A DNA stretch of 64,000 bases, taken from NCBI RefSeq assembly GCF_000002075.1, contig NW_004797458.1, positions 535,065 to 599,064 of the forward strand, read 5' to 3'. The stretch's first letter is position 1; each line of letters opens with the position of its first letter. Position numbers and translations under genes: made by a program. Shown one piece after another: positions 26,286 to 38,592 of this stretch. The notes below the pieces were generated by a model that saw only the letters and a list, made by a program, of their open reading frames with translations, had not been told where the DNA came from and searched no databases. Source of the stretch: Aplysia californica. Its lineage: Eukaryota.

Positions 26286-28586
26286 ATGGATAGGGTTAAT
26301 TGTAGACTTTCAATATCATGCACTAGAATCTAGATCTGGACTCTAGATTCTCTAGAGAAGAGATCTAGATCTAGATTCTAGCTTTCTCGAACAAGAACTA
26401 ACAGTTGAGGCAGTTTCTAAAGAAACAACAAAGCAAGAGATGAAGAACAGATTCTAAGGCTCGCCAAGTTCTAATGTCAACACAATGTAATATAGGCCGT
26501 CTTTAAAAAAAATGAAAAGAACAAATGAAAAGAAACATACAATTATATTTAGGCATTCCTGGAATTAATACGTCAGGCAGTGCTGCCGTCGTAAGGGAAA
26601 ACGACGAATGGTGAAAATTTTTCGAATTTGTTATTTTTATATATTTCATAGAGTATTTAATTCTGCATCTGATGGTGTAAAAATGTTTGTCATATCCTAA
26701 TCCGTTGTTGCGTAATTGAGAGTTCGTCGTTTTCCCTTACACTGGCGAACTCCGGGCCACGGCTCAGTGTAAGGGAGAACGACGAATGGTCGATCGGTCA
26801 AGGATCACTGCTCGTTCGGCATTGTCCCCTGGGCTCTGCCGTTGGGCAAATTCGGCATGGGCGACGAATGACAATTGGTCACTGTTGCGTCAGTACAAAC
26901 ATACTAGTTTTTTTGCAAACAAATACACCACCACCCCCTCCCCCAGAGTAGAATCGACCAGGTTTATAAGAATGTATCACATAGTGTGTCTTTCTGTCTG
27001 TCTTCACGTATTAGGCCTATGCTGATGGTGTGAATTGACAAGAGCAGGCGGGAGAGAGGGGAAAACGGATGGGAACAGGGGTAAAGGGGTGGGGATGGGA
27101 GGGTCAAAAAAGTATTTAGGGAGAAATTTATTAGCACTGCATAGTGTCTGCCAGATGTTCACAGACTAACGTCATGTTAGTTTGCTGTCCAGTCATTTGA
27201 CATCCCAAATCCCAACGATGGTTATAGTGCTGCAATTAGTCTAGCACGTGTCACTGGTCGACATCATTATAGAATTACCAAGCAATTAATGAAACTGCGT
27301 TATGAGAGTAAATTTCTTTGTCGAACTTAAAAAGTGGACGTATTGTGGCGACACTTAGTCTTACTTTACGATTTTTTATGACTTGATGGACGTTACGATC
27401 GAGTATAATGTGCTTGATGGACGTTACGATCGAGTATAATGTCTTGCAGATTCAAACTGTCCTTGTCGATCTCTACTTTGTGGTATGTTTTCCGATCCGT
27501 TCAACTGAATCCTTAATTAAAGACAAAGCGTCACATTACCTGTCCTGAAAGCTTTTGTGAAACAGTCTTGTCAGATTGTTACATTTCTTACGTGAAAGTT
27601 TGACTTTGCAATGATCTGATCGTATTATTGACATTGTAACATTGTTGATCCCTTTGGTCGTGCAGGGAAAATTTTGCAATTAGCGAAAATAAAAGTAAAA
27701 CTCGCTTCTGAAGAGAATGCAATAGAGAGATATCGTGGAGACCAAACTTTGGTTCCGAATGGGACAGTTTTAAATCAAGCGGTTGAAAATGTGTGCTTAT
27801 CTGATTTGTACACTGACTGTGTTTAGCACTAGCATTTAACCAAGTGAGGAAGGGAAACGAAGATCGTTTACCGAGTTACAATTGGGATATAACAAACACC
27901 TAACTTTATACGCATAATAGCTAGATCTCTAGTTTGTATACACTATACACGTCTTATTTTTATTTGTAGTAACCAGTACACAGTCATTACTGTCAATAAT
28001 GCGTCACAAATGACCATCGCCTACGCCCATAAACGTTCACGAGTGTAAAAGAGAACGACGAACCGTACCATTCGTCGTTTTCGCTTACATCGCAAGGCTC
28101 ACCTGCATGTGCGCAATGTAAGGGAGAACGACGAATGTCGAATAACTTTGCTACTTTTTTCCTAAGGAAGTGGCTATTCTCACCTGGGGTGAGAATAGAT
28201 TTATACGATCGACCTCTCACCGCGGGTGAGACTTGCCACCGTAGGCTATTCTCACCCGGTGTGAAACAAGACCTGTTTTTCCTAATTTCGGAATACTTTC
28301 TATCGATATGGATGATCAAATGGATAAAGGCAAAGAAAAGATTACGTTAGAGCACAAAATTAAGTAAGCTAATTTTATCGACTACAAAGATGCTATGGCT
28401 ATTTCACTTTTTGAATCGAGCCGAACTACGGGGATCGCCATTTTGTTTTGCCCGGAAGTTCTCGCAAGATCTACTCCTCCCCTCTTCTCTCTCTCTCTTT
28501 CTGAATACTGTCTATCGGTGTGGACGATCAAATTGACCAAAACAAAGTTAAAAAATGATGTTAAAACACAAAAGTAAATTAATTTG

Positions 28587-28807
28587 TAAATAAATGTCAA
28601 CACTCTTTGTGACTTGACGAGGACTTTAATAATCAAGCACAATGAAGACATACGTCAGACGATGCATGACTGGGACAGAAACGGAACAGAAATAAAGCAG
28701 ATGAATATGATTGACAAATAAGGGAAATAATAATAATGGACACAAGGAACAGATACGAATGATGGCACATACATGTGGTCTTGTAGCTACTGAATGATAT
28801 TCCTCTA
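28587..28807 (-). repeat. 3' LTR of the Gypsy element
   Basis: Identical to 33230-33450 except one base; adjacent to the poly-G PPT. Confidence 0.95.
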
Positions 28808-28927
28808 CGCCCCCCCCCCCCCCCCCCCCAAGTCTTTGGAGTAGAACAGAAAAAACTGATGTAATGTCAAGAAATAATGGTGATATAACAAGGAACAAAT
28901 GATTGATCAATGAATGTTTGAATCAGA

Positions 28928-31900
28928 CTAAGATTTGGAGTCAATTGGCTTGGGGCTCTGTCTGGCCAATAGCCTTGCTGATCGCCGAGTGACGCCTGGA
29001 GGTGTGCTCACGCTTATGGGAGCATCTTGCTCTTGTATGCCAGGGGCGTTGTGCGGCTGGAGCGAACGTAGAGCACGCGGGGTGGCTTGAGCCTGAGGTT
29101 GTGGAACCACCGTCTCGACAGCAGGGCGTGGATCAGGTGCTAATTCTTGCCCGGATTCGGGGACAGTAGGCATCGATGGATCGTGTGTTGGGGGGTCCTG
29201 AACGCCAGCTGGTTGTGGTAGATCCGGGCAAGGAGAGGGCGGCGAGGTCACGCTGGGCTTGGTATGCTCGGGGGTGTGAATATTCTGAGGCACTGACTGT
29301 GGTGGTGAGGTGCCACCCGGGATCATTGTCAGTGGTGAGCGTGGGACCACAGGCATGTAGTTGCGGAGGAACTTTCTGTTGCGAAGAGTGACGCGGCCAG
29401 AGCCATCCACTCGAACGACGTACTGGTCAAATTGACGTACTTCGACTACAATGCCCGTCTTGTCCCATTTGGTCGGGTGGGTTCCCGTTTGGTTCTGTAT
29501 GCGCACACAGTCACCGACGACGAGTGGAGGTAAGATGCGAGTGTGCTCAGAGAGGCGCTCAGCGGTGAGCATGTGCCGGTTCCTCAGTGCCTCCTCTCGC
29601 GACAGAATGGTTTCACGCCAGGTACTGTGAGGCTGATACTTCCCTGGGTGGATGGGGATGAAGTCCCGTATTGGACGTCCAAAGATACACATCGTTGGGG
29701 ATAGGTGGGTGTCACGATCAGGAGTGTTCCTGTATTGCAGCATTGCGCGCTGGAACTTGTCAGTGTTTAAAGATCCTTGGGCACCTGTGTTGTCAGCGAT
29801 CAACCGTTTCACTGTCTTTACTCCAACTTCAGCGCGACAATTAGATTGGGGAAAGGCGACTGAAGAGACCCTGTGGTGGACAGCCCAGTTGCAAAGGAAG
29901 GTGGAGGTTGCCAGGGACGTGAACTCTGGGCCTCCGTCCGATGTCAGTTCATGGGAGGCTTCTTCAACGATAGGCCAGTTACTGTACCTGTCGACTGCAA
30001 CTAGGTAGCTGTGGCCTCGATGATGAAAATAATCCGCCGCAATACATTGGAACGGGTATGCCGGTGCTATTGGAGGGGTGGGAGGTGCACTCGGCTGGGA
30101 AGGTGCCATGCGGTTGCATGACTGACAGCGGGTCCGCACTTCAGTGATGGCCGGGGTCATGCCGAGCCAGAAAAACGAGGCCACAGCTCGAGAGCACATT
30201 TGGGACACACCCTGGTGAGCAGAGTGTAAGGACTGGAGGACTCGCTCACGGAGCGACGGGGGGATGACTACCCGGTCGTGGTACAGGATGACACCATCAA
30301 ATGTCGTGAGTGAGGAACTCCCGGAATTGATGGTATGGGCGAAGATCAGGGGACAGAGAAGTCCTGTCTTCAGGGAACCCATCCTCAATAGTGTTACTCA
30401 AAGCAGTCATTGTAGAGTCGCTGGATGTTGCAAGTCGAATCTCGTCCCAAGTCACTGACTTGATCACCTCAGTTGGAGCGAGGTCAGGTTTGGAGCATAC
30501 CTGGTTGGTGTCGTCCAGTTCCTGGGTGCAGATGGCAGAAAGAAAGTCGTGTGGCAGTTCAGGTGTCAAGGGAGGGTCATCAGGGAGCAGAATGGGAGCG
30601 GCAGCATCAGGGAGCCTGAGAGTGTTAGGGCTGCCCACTGGTCTGCGGGAGACGGCATCTGCTGCAGCATGGCGTAGACCGGGGATGTGGACGATGCGGA
30701 AGCGATATCTAAGGGACTTCTCCGTGAGGTTCCTGAGGCGGGGATTGGGGATATCGTCGAGACACCGGTCCCCAAACGTCTTCAAAAGAGGTTTGTGGTC
30801 CACCGCCACGATCAGGTCGGAACAACCCAAGGTGAAATGGCGTGCTTTGTCTAGTGCATTAACCGCAGCCAGGGCTTCACTTTCTATGGGCGCATAGCGG
30901 GACTCGGCTCCTGATGTGAATCGACTACCGACCAGGGTGATCTTCCAGCCAGTTTTGCGGCAAAATGGCTTTTCCGAAAGACAAGTACAATGTTTCTGGA
31001 AGAGCCAGAAGCCTATGCCATCCTTGCTCCAGTCGGTGGCAAGGCAAGTTGGTTTCTTCTTGTCAAATATTTCAACCCCTTGGTGGATTTCGTTGCTGAT
31101 GGCCTCCTTTGACCATTCAAACAGACGGCCGAGCTCCTCTGCCCATTCGAGGCGTTTTCCCGGCTTCAGCGCTTCCCGGAATGGGAGCATGCGTTCAGCG
31201 GAAGCGAAGGCATAGGATACCTGATTGATGTGACCGAACCAGCTCCTGACGTCGGTGATGTTCCGAGGTGTGGGGAAATGTCGAATGGCCTCCAGGTAGC
31301 GGGCACATGGGCGCACGGTGGAGGGAGTTATTTCGAAACCTGCAAACTCAACCGTAGTTTTGGCGAATTTAAACTTGGATGGGTTGAGTATGATGCCATT
31401 GGTGCCACATAGGTCATGCCACTTGACGGCCTGAAAAAAGGCTTCCTCAATAGAGTTTGACCACATAAGGGTGTCGTCAATGCATTTGGTTTTGTGGGGG
31501 AAGTCGGCAACGATCTCATCGAAGTGGCGGCTGTATCCATCCCCGGATGATATGTAGCCTTGAGGAGCCACTGCTCCAAGCCCTCTCTGTTCTCCTCTGT
31601 GGCAGGAAACGGGAGGGAGGTTGGTGGTGGCGGAGGTGATTGGCGGTGTCAGCACCCGCAAGTCGGATTGTCCTTCGAATTGATAGCTGCACTGGTGGCG
31701 CCAATGGTCGGAAAGCTAGGAGGGATTATTCCCAAAGCCACACAGGCTTGCTTGCTTAGGAATACCCGACCAGTGGATGTGGTGAAGTACACCATCTGGT
31801 GGGTCCTCAGCTTGGTGTTGGACGGAGATGTACCAGAAATACGAAGGGGAAGGGCTCCGATGATGTCAATGGCCCCACGATTCGCAGCTGTCATCTTCAT

Positions 31901-33208
31901 GTTGACAGGGAGGAGATGACGGCGAGTGAGGCTCATCCTAGTCAAGAGTGCTACGCCCGCCAGGCACGACTGGCACGCAGTATCTACCATAGCTTGGTAC
32001 TTGACGGGAGAGTTGCTGCCTCTCAGAGATGGCGGGAAGCCGAGAGATTGGGCGTCTGAAGGCACTGCCTGGATGGTGACGTTCCCAAAAGACCGAGGGT
32101 CGGATGCTCGCTTCTCCCATGCCCTGCAAAACTCGTTGTATACATGATGGTCTAGGGATACAGAGTGCGCATTAGACACTGGTGTGGCGGAATCTGCACC
32201 GCATAGACTGTCAAAGGCGGCAGCAGAGTCATCCAGGGCATTGGTGGGGTTGCGATTCCGTGACGACTGTTGGCAGAGGTTGGCGAAATGATTGGATAGG
32301 CCACACCTGGTGCATCTTTTACCAAATGCCGGACACTTCTTCATACGTTCCTGTCTACCATTCCCATGGTCCAGTTTGCCGCAGTAATTGCAGGGGAACG
32401 CTTGGCCCTTACTGTGGAACAAGTTGCCCTGAGTGCTGAGCTTCCCACTGCGCTTGTAGGAGCTTGTGGCCACTGCCGTGGTGTAGGAGCAGCTATCAAC
32501 GAGGCGACTGGCTGACCTCTTGCCACTCTCCTTCGCCTCCACGTAGCAGAGTGCATCCTTAAGGGACATGTCCTGCTTTGACTCTCCTAATATGTCAAGT
32601 CGGATCTCCTCATCAATTAGACCTCGGATGAGGACGTCACGATTCATCATATCGCTATAGTCCACGCTGGGTTCGTGGACATCTGGAGGGCACCTAGGGC
32701 ATTTTATCTTGAAGTTGCAAACCCCAGCCTGGCCCCTGAGGCGGGCGGCGAAGGCTCTGACAGGCTCGTCCCGGTCTTGCTTCATTTGATGTAGCTGTAC
32801 TCGTGCTACCATGATGTTTTCCTGGCGCACCGCCAGGCTCTTGATGTTCTTTAGGACAGTGTCCTCTTCGCTGGAGGCTAGGGCGCCGAATGTCCTTGTG
32901 AGATCTTTTCATAGCGACTCATCGCAGCACTCGAGAAGCTGGAAGACGATGTCTGCACCAGTGAGGCGAGCCGCTTGTTTGTAGTCGGCCCACCGTTGGG
33001 TGAAGTATGACCACGCCTCGCTCGTTCCGGATGCAGACACTACAGGGCGTCGCACTTTCTCAGCCTTGGCTGCCGCAGTCGGTGCATTCGCTCGTGTTGC
33101 ATGGGCTGTGGTGGCGTGGATGTCAATGAGGCGTGTCAACACCTCGGTCGGCGTAGATGCAGGCCACTCCATGTCGCAGTCCGGGGCAGGGCAAGGGATG
33201 GTGGTCAT
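28928..33208 (-). pseudogene. Gypsy gag-pol pseudogene
   Basis: In-frame TGA at 32909-32911. Frameshifts at ~31655 and ~30305. RT N-terminal part deleted at ~31575 and integrase core shortened at ~29955. Confidence 0.9.
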
Positions 33209-33229
33209 GATGTATCTCTTATGTCTTCA

Positions 33230-33450
33230 TAAATAAATGTCAACACTCTCTGTGACTTGACGAGGACTTTAATAATCAAGCACAATGAAGACATACGTCA
33301 GACGATGCATGACTGGGACAGAAACGGAACAGAAATAAAGCAGATGAATATGATTGACAAATAAGGGAAATAATAATAATGGACACAAGGAACAGATACG
33401 AATGATGGCACATACATGTGGTCTTGTAGCTACTGAATGATATTCCTCTA
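33230..33450 (-). repeat. 5' LTR of the Gypsy element
   Basis: Direct repeat of 28587-28807; gag ATG at 33208. Confidence 0.95.
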
Positions 33451-34805
33451 TTTGGTCGTCTACAAAGATGCTACGGCTATTTAACTTTTCGAATCGAGCC
33501 GAACTACGCGGGTCGCCATTTTGTTTTGCCCGGAAGTTCTCGCGCTACTCCTCTCTCTCTCTCTCTCCACTGCCCACAGACAAAATTGTACGCTTTTAGT
33601 AGGCTAACAGTAGTAATGGAACGTTTGTTCACGGCACAGAATTCTACAATTTTTCTGTTATCACAGTGTAGAATTCTGTGTTTAAGGGTGAACGCAAAAT
33701 TGGTTGGCCTAGATCTAGATCTAGGCTATAACGGTGAACGCGCACCGGGTGAGAATAGCCAAAAGACTCGCCAGCACTATTCTCACCCAGGGTGAGAACA
33801 GAGGTGGCCTTTACCTAAACCATTCAAACTTTAGAAACTTTTTCATGAACACCTTAATCAGATATATGGTGAATTACAGCTTAAAAGAGTGAAAAATAGA
33901 AGAGTTATAAAGTGAAAACTGTTTTTGCCTCTCCTGAAAAATTTGCCTCGGTACCTGCGCAGGACCATTCGTCGTTTGCCCTTACGACGGCAGAGTGGGC
34001 GTCATCGCTTGGCTTGAAGTTGAAGGGAATGGCAGGCACTGAGTGACGAGTGAGTCAAATCTCTCTGTCTCTGTGTGACAGGATGTTTGTAACCATTATT
34101 CTGTTTTACCATCAACAAACCGACGTATTTATGAAGATACTTCACAAGAGTATAAAAGGGGTCTTCGTTTACATCATGTATCAACATTCTAGCCTTTATC
34201 ACATTGTCTCTCTATCCAATTTGATCACCCAGAGTTTCCGGATGAATGCGAAATTTTACTTCAATTAATTGTTTCGTTCAATTAATCAATGACGACGGAC
34301 TTTTAACTTGTGTGTAACTAGCAAAGCAAAACAAATATAGAGTAATGTCCCCTTACTTGCAACTATTTTCCTTGGCCTGAGGTGGGTTACCTTACATCCT
34401 TGTACTTAGTTTAGTGAGGGCGAGGGGATATAAATTCGCCTTTATCGGGGGATAACAGAAGCCTCTGTTTTTAAAACTTATTATAACATTTATCATGTAG
34501 ATTTATCTCTGATCCGTTACTATAGAAGGCTTTATCTGCTCCCTATTTTTCTGTTATTTCAAACATCTTCTACGGTTTTGTTGCGAAAGTCTGTCAACAA
34601 TTAAAATTAAAAGTGTCAACCAGTCACAAAAAGTAGATCAGTTTGTTCTTCCAGGGCCAAGTTCCATTGAACGAAACTGAAACTAAGACTTGGACTTGAT
34701 AATTAAATTGGGGTTCTCTCTCAACGGCCCTCATCTAGGCCTAGTGGATCTTTATTTATCTGTGTCTGTCTGGGGGAATTCTTCCATCTAGATCAGGTGA
34801 GACAA

Positions 34806-34842
<37 letters not shown>

Positions 34843-35033
34843 CAACTCAAATCAAAATTATCTGCCCGCGTGCCGGGCACGAAACTTGAAGATGTGCTGA
34901 CCATCGTGGTTTGCTGTCGACCACTACTACAGTCATGTTTAATTGACAACATAGTCTAGAATCTAGATGTAGTCTAGTCTTACTTTTTTTCAGTAGGCCT
35001 ACGCATCTCTGAAAATAAAATGTATTATAATAT

Positions 35034-36110
35034 CGAAGTGGCTAGCCATATTAAGATCTCTAATTTTGTTTGGCCCTATCATCTAGAATCTAGATCTAGA
35101 TCTAGATCTAGATTAGATATTAGATCTAGAACCTGTTGAGTACGCAGGTCTCATTAGAGTAATTATTCAGGTTTAAAATACATCATGATGCAAGTCAGTA
35201 AGGCACATTTTGGCTTCGAAGTGGCTAGCCGTACTGACTTAAGTACGGCTAGACTGCCAGTCTAGCCGTACTTAGATCTAGATCTAGGTTTGGCCCAATC
35301 GACTCAATCCTGTTAAGTACACAGGTCTCATGAGATCTAGATCTAGTTATTATTCAGGTTCAAATACACATGCAAGTCAGTAAGGCACCTTTTGGTTTTG
35401 TCTGAAATACAAATACTTTAGGCATTGCAAACTAAAATTTTCATTTACAATTCAGCCATCAATATTAAGTACAGCTAGACTGACAGTCTAGTCGTCCTTA
35501 AGTACGGCTAGCCTGGCTGTCTACCCGTACTTAAGTACGGCTAGACAAGAAGTCTAGCCGTACTTATCTTAGGCCCTATTTACATTAGAAAACAGGAGGT
35601 TTAAAATACATGCACTGTCATTAAGGAACCTGGTTTTGTCTCAAATACAAATACTTTAGGTACTGCACACTAAAAATGTATATTTACAATTCAGTAGGCC
35701 TATTTTTTGTAAATGGTCAGTCTAGCCATCATATTAAGAATAAGTACGGCTAGACTGCCAGTCTAGCCGTCATTAAGTACGGCTAGCCTCTTCCTTTTGG
35801 CTTTGTCTGAAATACAAATACTTCAGTCTAGCCGTACCTAGACTCTCAGTCTAGCCGTACTTAAGTACGGCTATACACTTCGATATTTTAAAGTACGGCT
35901 AGCCTGGCCGTCTAGCCGTCCTTAAGTATGGCTAGCCTAGCCGTCTAGCCATACTTAAGTATGGCTAGCCAAGAAGCCTTAAGTACCGCTAGCCTGCCAG
36001 TCTAGCCGTACTTGACTATAATAATCTTAGGCCCTATTAACATTAGAAAACAGGTCTCATTTGATCTAGTAATTATTCAGGTTTAAAATACGTGCACTGT
36101 CATTAAGGCA
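35034..36110 (+). repeat. Complex CTAG-rich tandem/palindromic repeat (AAGTACGGCTAG/CTAGCCGTAC units)
   Basis: Reiterated palindromic ~32-bp units plus longer units with CAGGTCTCAT...TTATTCAGGTTT...GTAAGGCAC; homologous to 25150-25700. Confidence 0.85.
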
Positions 36111-36112
36111 AC

Positions 36113-36190
36113 AGTAAGAGACATTCTCTTCGCCGATGATGCTGCTCTTGTTGCTCACAATGAATCAACCCTACAAACAATGATGGACCT
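36113..36190 (+). mobile_element. Tiny RTE reverse-transcriptase fragment (VRDILFADDAALVAH)
   Basis: LFADD RT catalytic motif. Confidence 0.7.
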
Positions 36191-38592
36191 ATCAGTTGAA
36201 CTCTGCTTCTCCGAACGGCAATCTGAGCTCAAAGCTGTGAATAGAATTAAAAATCCAAGTTCCAGGACAACAAAGGGTTATAACTATCTAAAGATAGTCT
36301 GAACCCGCTTTATTTGGCGAGAAAGACTAGAAATTAAGTAGAGAAAAGTCAAAACCCTTCCAAAGGGAACAAAAGTCAGTCATTCAAAGTAACAGTGATC
36401 TAAAACAAAAACTTTTCCAACAGCATACTTTATATGATATTCAAATAAAATCAGGACAAAACAATGCATATTCTGATAGTGTTAGACAAGCAACACTCCT
36501 TCTACAGTATTGAGGTTGGAGTCCGAACAGCCATGGGAGGCTCTATTCAGACTTGAGTCCGAATAGCCACTTCGGAAAGGTAAACCAAACCGGTGGGATG
36601 ACCCAAGATGATACAAACTGTATGAAAAATAAAGCTTTTAACTTGCCGCCAATGTAGTTCTTTTTAGGACGAGGGTGGTATGGGTTCTTTTCTTCTTAAA
36701 AATAAAAATCTAGCTGCATTATTTTGGACATACAGTCAAACTGTGCCGCCTATCTAGGGATGAGCATGAAGTTGGCAGTACATGGTGGCTGGCGGTATAA
36801 CAGGATAAAACCAATTGTCATCTTGAATAGTGGTAGAGACAAAATGTTACCAGTCTTTACTTATCTGGATGACATATCTTTCTTGCATTATTGCCTTGCG
36901 CATGGGAAACCGAACTGTAGAAAACGTCATGTTATAACTTAAATAAATTCAAATGATTAATTTCTGCATGATCAGAAACTAGGCTATTATGTAATGTCAA
37001 TGACCCGGTAGATGTATTTTTTTTCTTTAACAAACCTGATACTCGTCAGTCCTTGGGACGCTTCGGACACTTTAAAGTATTGTGAGTCCTCACAATTTTA
37101 TCCTCATGGGCGCCCGTCAGCCTTTTGGTTATTGTGCCGACATCTGGTGATGCCAGATATTTTGCCTACAGGCAACTTTGGAGTTTCTCCAGGCGGTTTT
37201 GAAATTTAATTGCAGTTTTTAAATAAAATATTGAGCGAAGTTGTTAATAGCATTTTCATAATCAGGAGCAAATTAAATGCTAGAAATAGGCCGAATTCGC
37301 AGAGACATGTGTTTGGCAGAGATTATCAAGCGCCCAGGTGTGTGTCGTGCACCATGTGTAGTGTGTACCTCTGGTGGCTAATTTGCTGGTGGTACAGTGG
37401 CGCAAATTTACTTTAGTTTAAAGGGACTGAACAAGTCAGATAGTTAGCACATGGCAGTGTAAAGGCGCAAATGCTATGTTTAAGATGACCCTTTTCTTAC
37501 ATTGGCAAAACCTGGCGGTAAGTGGGACTGGCGTTACAACGAGGGGTGGTACAACGAGATTTGACTGTATTTTGAAAGCATGGAATGTTTCATCTGAAAT
37601 TCCTGTGGGAAGAGAGTTACAATTGTATAAAATCAAATTTCGAAAGAAAAGTGATGCTACAAGGGTTTTTGTTACATTTTTGGACAAGTAATCTATGATG
37701 TTGCTGCTTTCTTCTTTAATTTGAAAGGTAAGATTTTGACAAAGTGGAGATGAAAGCAGCTGACAAAACAGGACTAGAGGTGAAAGGAGAAATTTTCAAG
37801 GTGAAAAGAAACATTTTCAGAGAGCAATTTTTTTACACTGTCTGGTTTTGAACATGTGACCTTTTGAATGAGTGGCAAACACTGTACAGGCTAGACCACA
37901 GCATCCCTGAATGTAAATGCAGTAACTGTGAACCCGTTTTCTCAGTTCTTACTCTTTTGCATTTTGTTACTTCATAAGTAATATTTCAGCTTCTGGAAAG
38001 ATTGTTGAAAAATTTAAAATGTGTGTAATAATCAGGAAGATCCCAGCTTTCAGAAAAGCACAAAAATATACCGGCTCTCATTTGTCAGTTGCCTCATGTG
38101 TCATTCTTTATTTTTATCCTTTTTCATTGTTGTGTGCATTTTGTTGTCTTTTTACTTGTTTTAAAAGGTTTTTTTTCTTCTTTATGGTTTTTATCAATGT
38201 TATTAGATATTTAAAAGATAAACTTTATTGATCCGCGAGGGAAATTTTTTTTTATCTACCATAATGAAATGTTATTATTTTCATTCAGTCAGATGAACTG
38301 AAATTATTGCATTGGGTTGAAAAATGAGAGCTGACAATTTATTTTTCTAGCAAAATTGCATTTGAATATATTTGACTTTTAAAAAATGAGAATTCTGTTG
38401 GATACTGCTCTGGGTCGTGTTGCATCTGATTTGTTTAAATTTTAGCTTGTCATGATGTATTTTTCCAGAAAGTTAAGATTTTTTTCTATGTTTCCCATTA
38501 GAAGGGGGTTAGATCATTGTAAACTAACATGCAGCTATCTTTTTCCATTCTTCTGCTTATTAGGGAAAAAGTCTTTCAAACTAATAGCAAAG

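Larger units (their letters stand above)
28587..33450 (-). mobile_element. Ty3/Gypsy LTR retrotransposon, defective but recently inserted
   Basis: 221-bp LTRs with 1 mismatch and TSD TTTG (or ATTTG). Order gag (2 CCHC)-protease (VDTA)-RT (PQG...CIDD)-RNase H (ATDWS, DHKPL)-integrase (HHCC, SDGG, GVKTVK). Poly-G PPT at ~28810-28828. Confidence 0.97.
26578..33997. mobile_element. Non-autonomous CACTA/EnSpm-like DNA transposon (about 2.55 kb without the Gypsy insert)
   Basis: About 34-bp TIR CA(G/C)T(G)CTGCCGTCGTAAGGG(A/C)AAACGACGAATGGT, flanked by GG on both sides. Repeated GTAAGGGAGAACGACGAA motifs at ~26723 (inverted), 26769, 28045, 28069 (inverted) and 28117. Confidence 0.7.

Noticed and set aside
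35860-36010. Regular ~32-bp palindromic units resembling a CRISPR array
   Set aside because: Eukaryotic context, no unique spacers and no cas genes; it is a tandem repeat.
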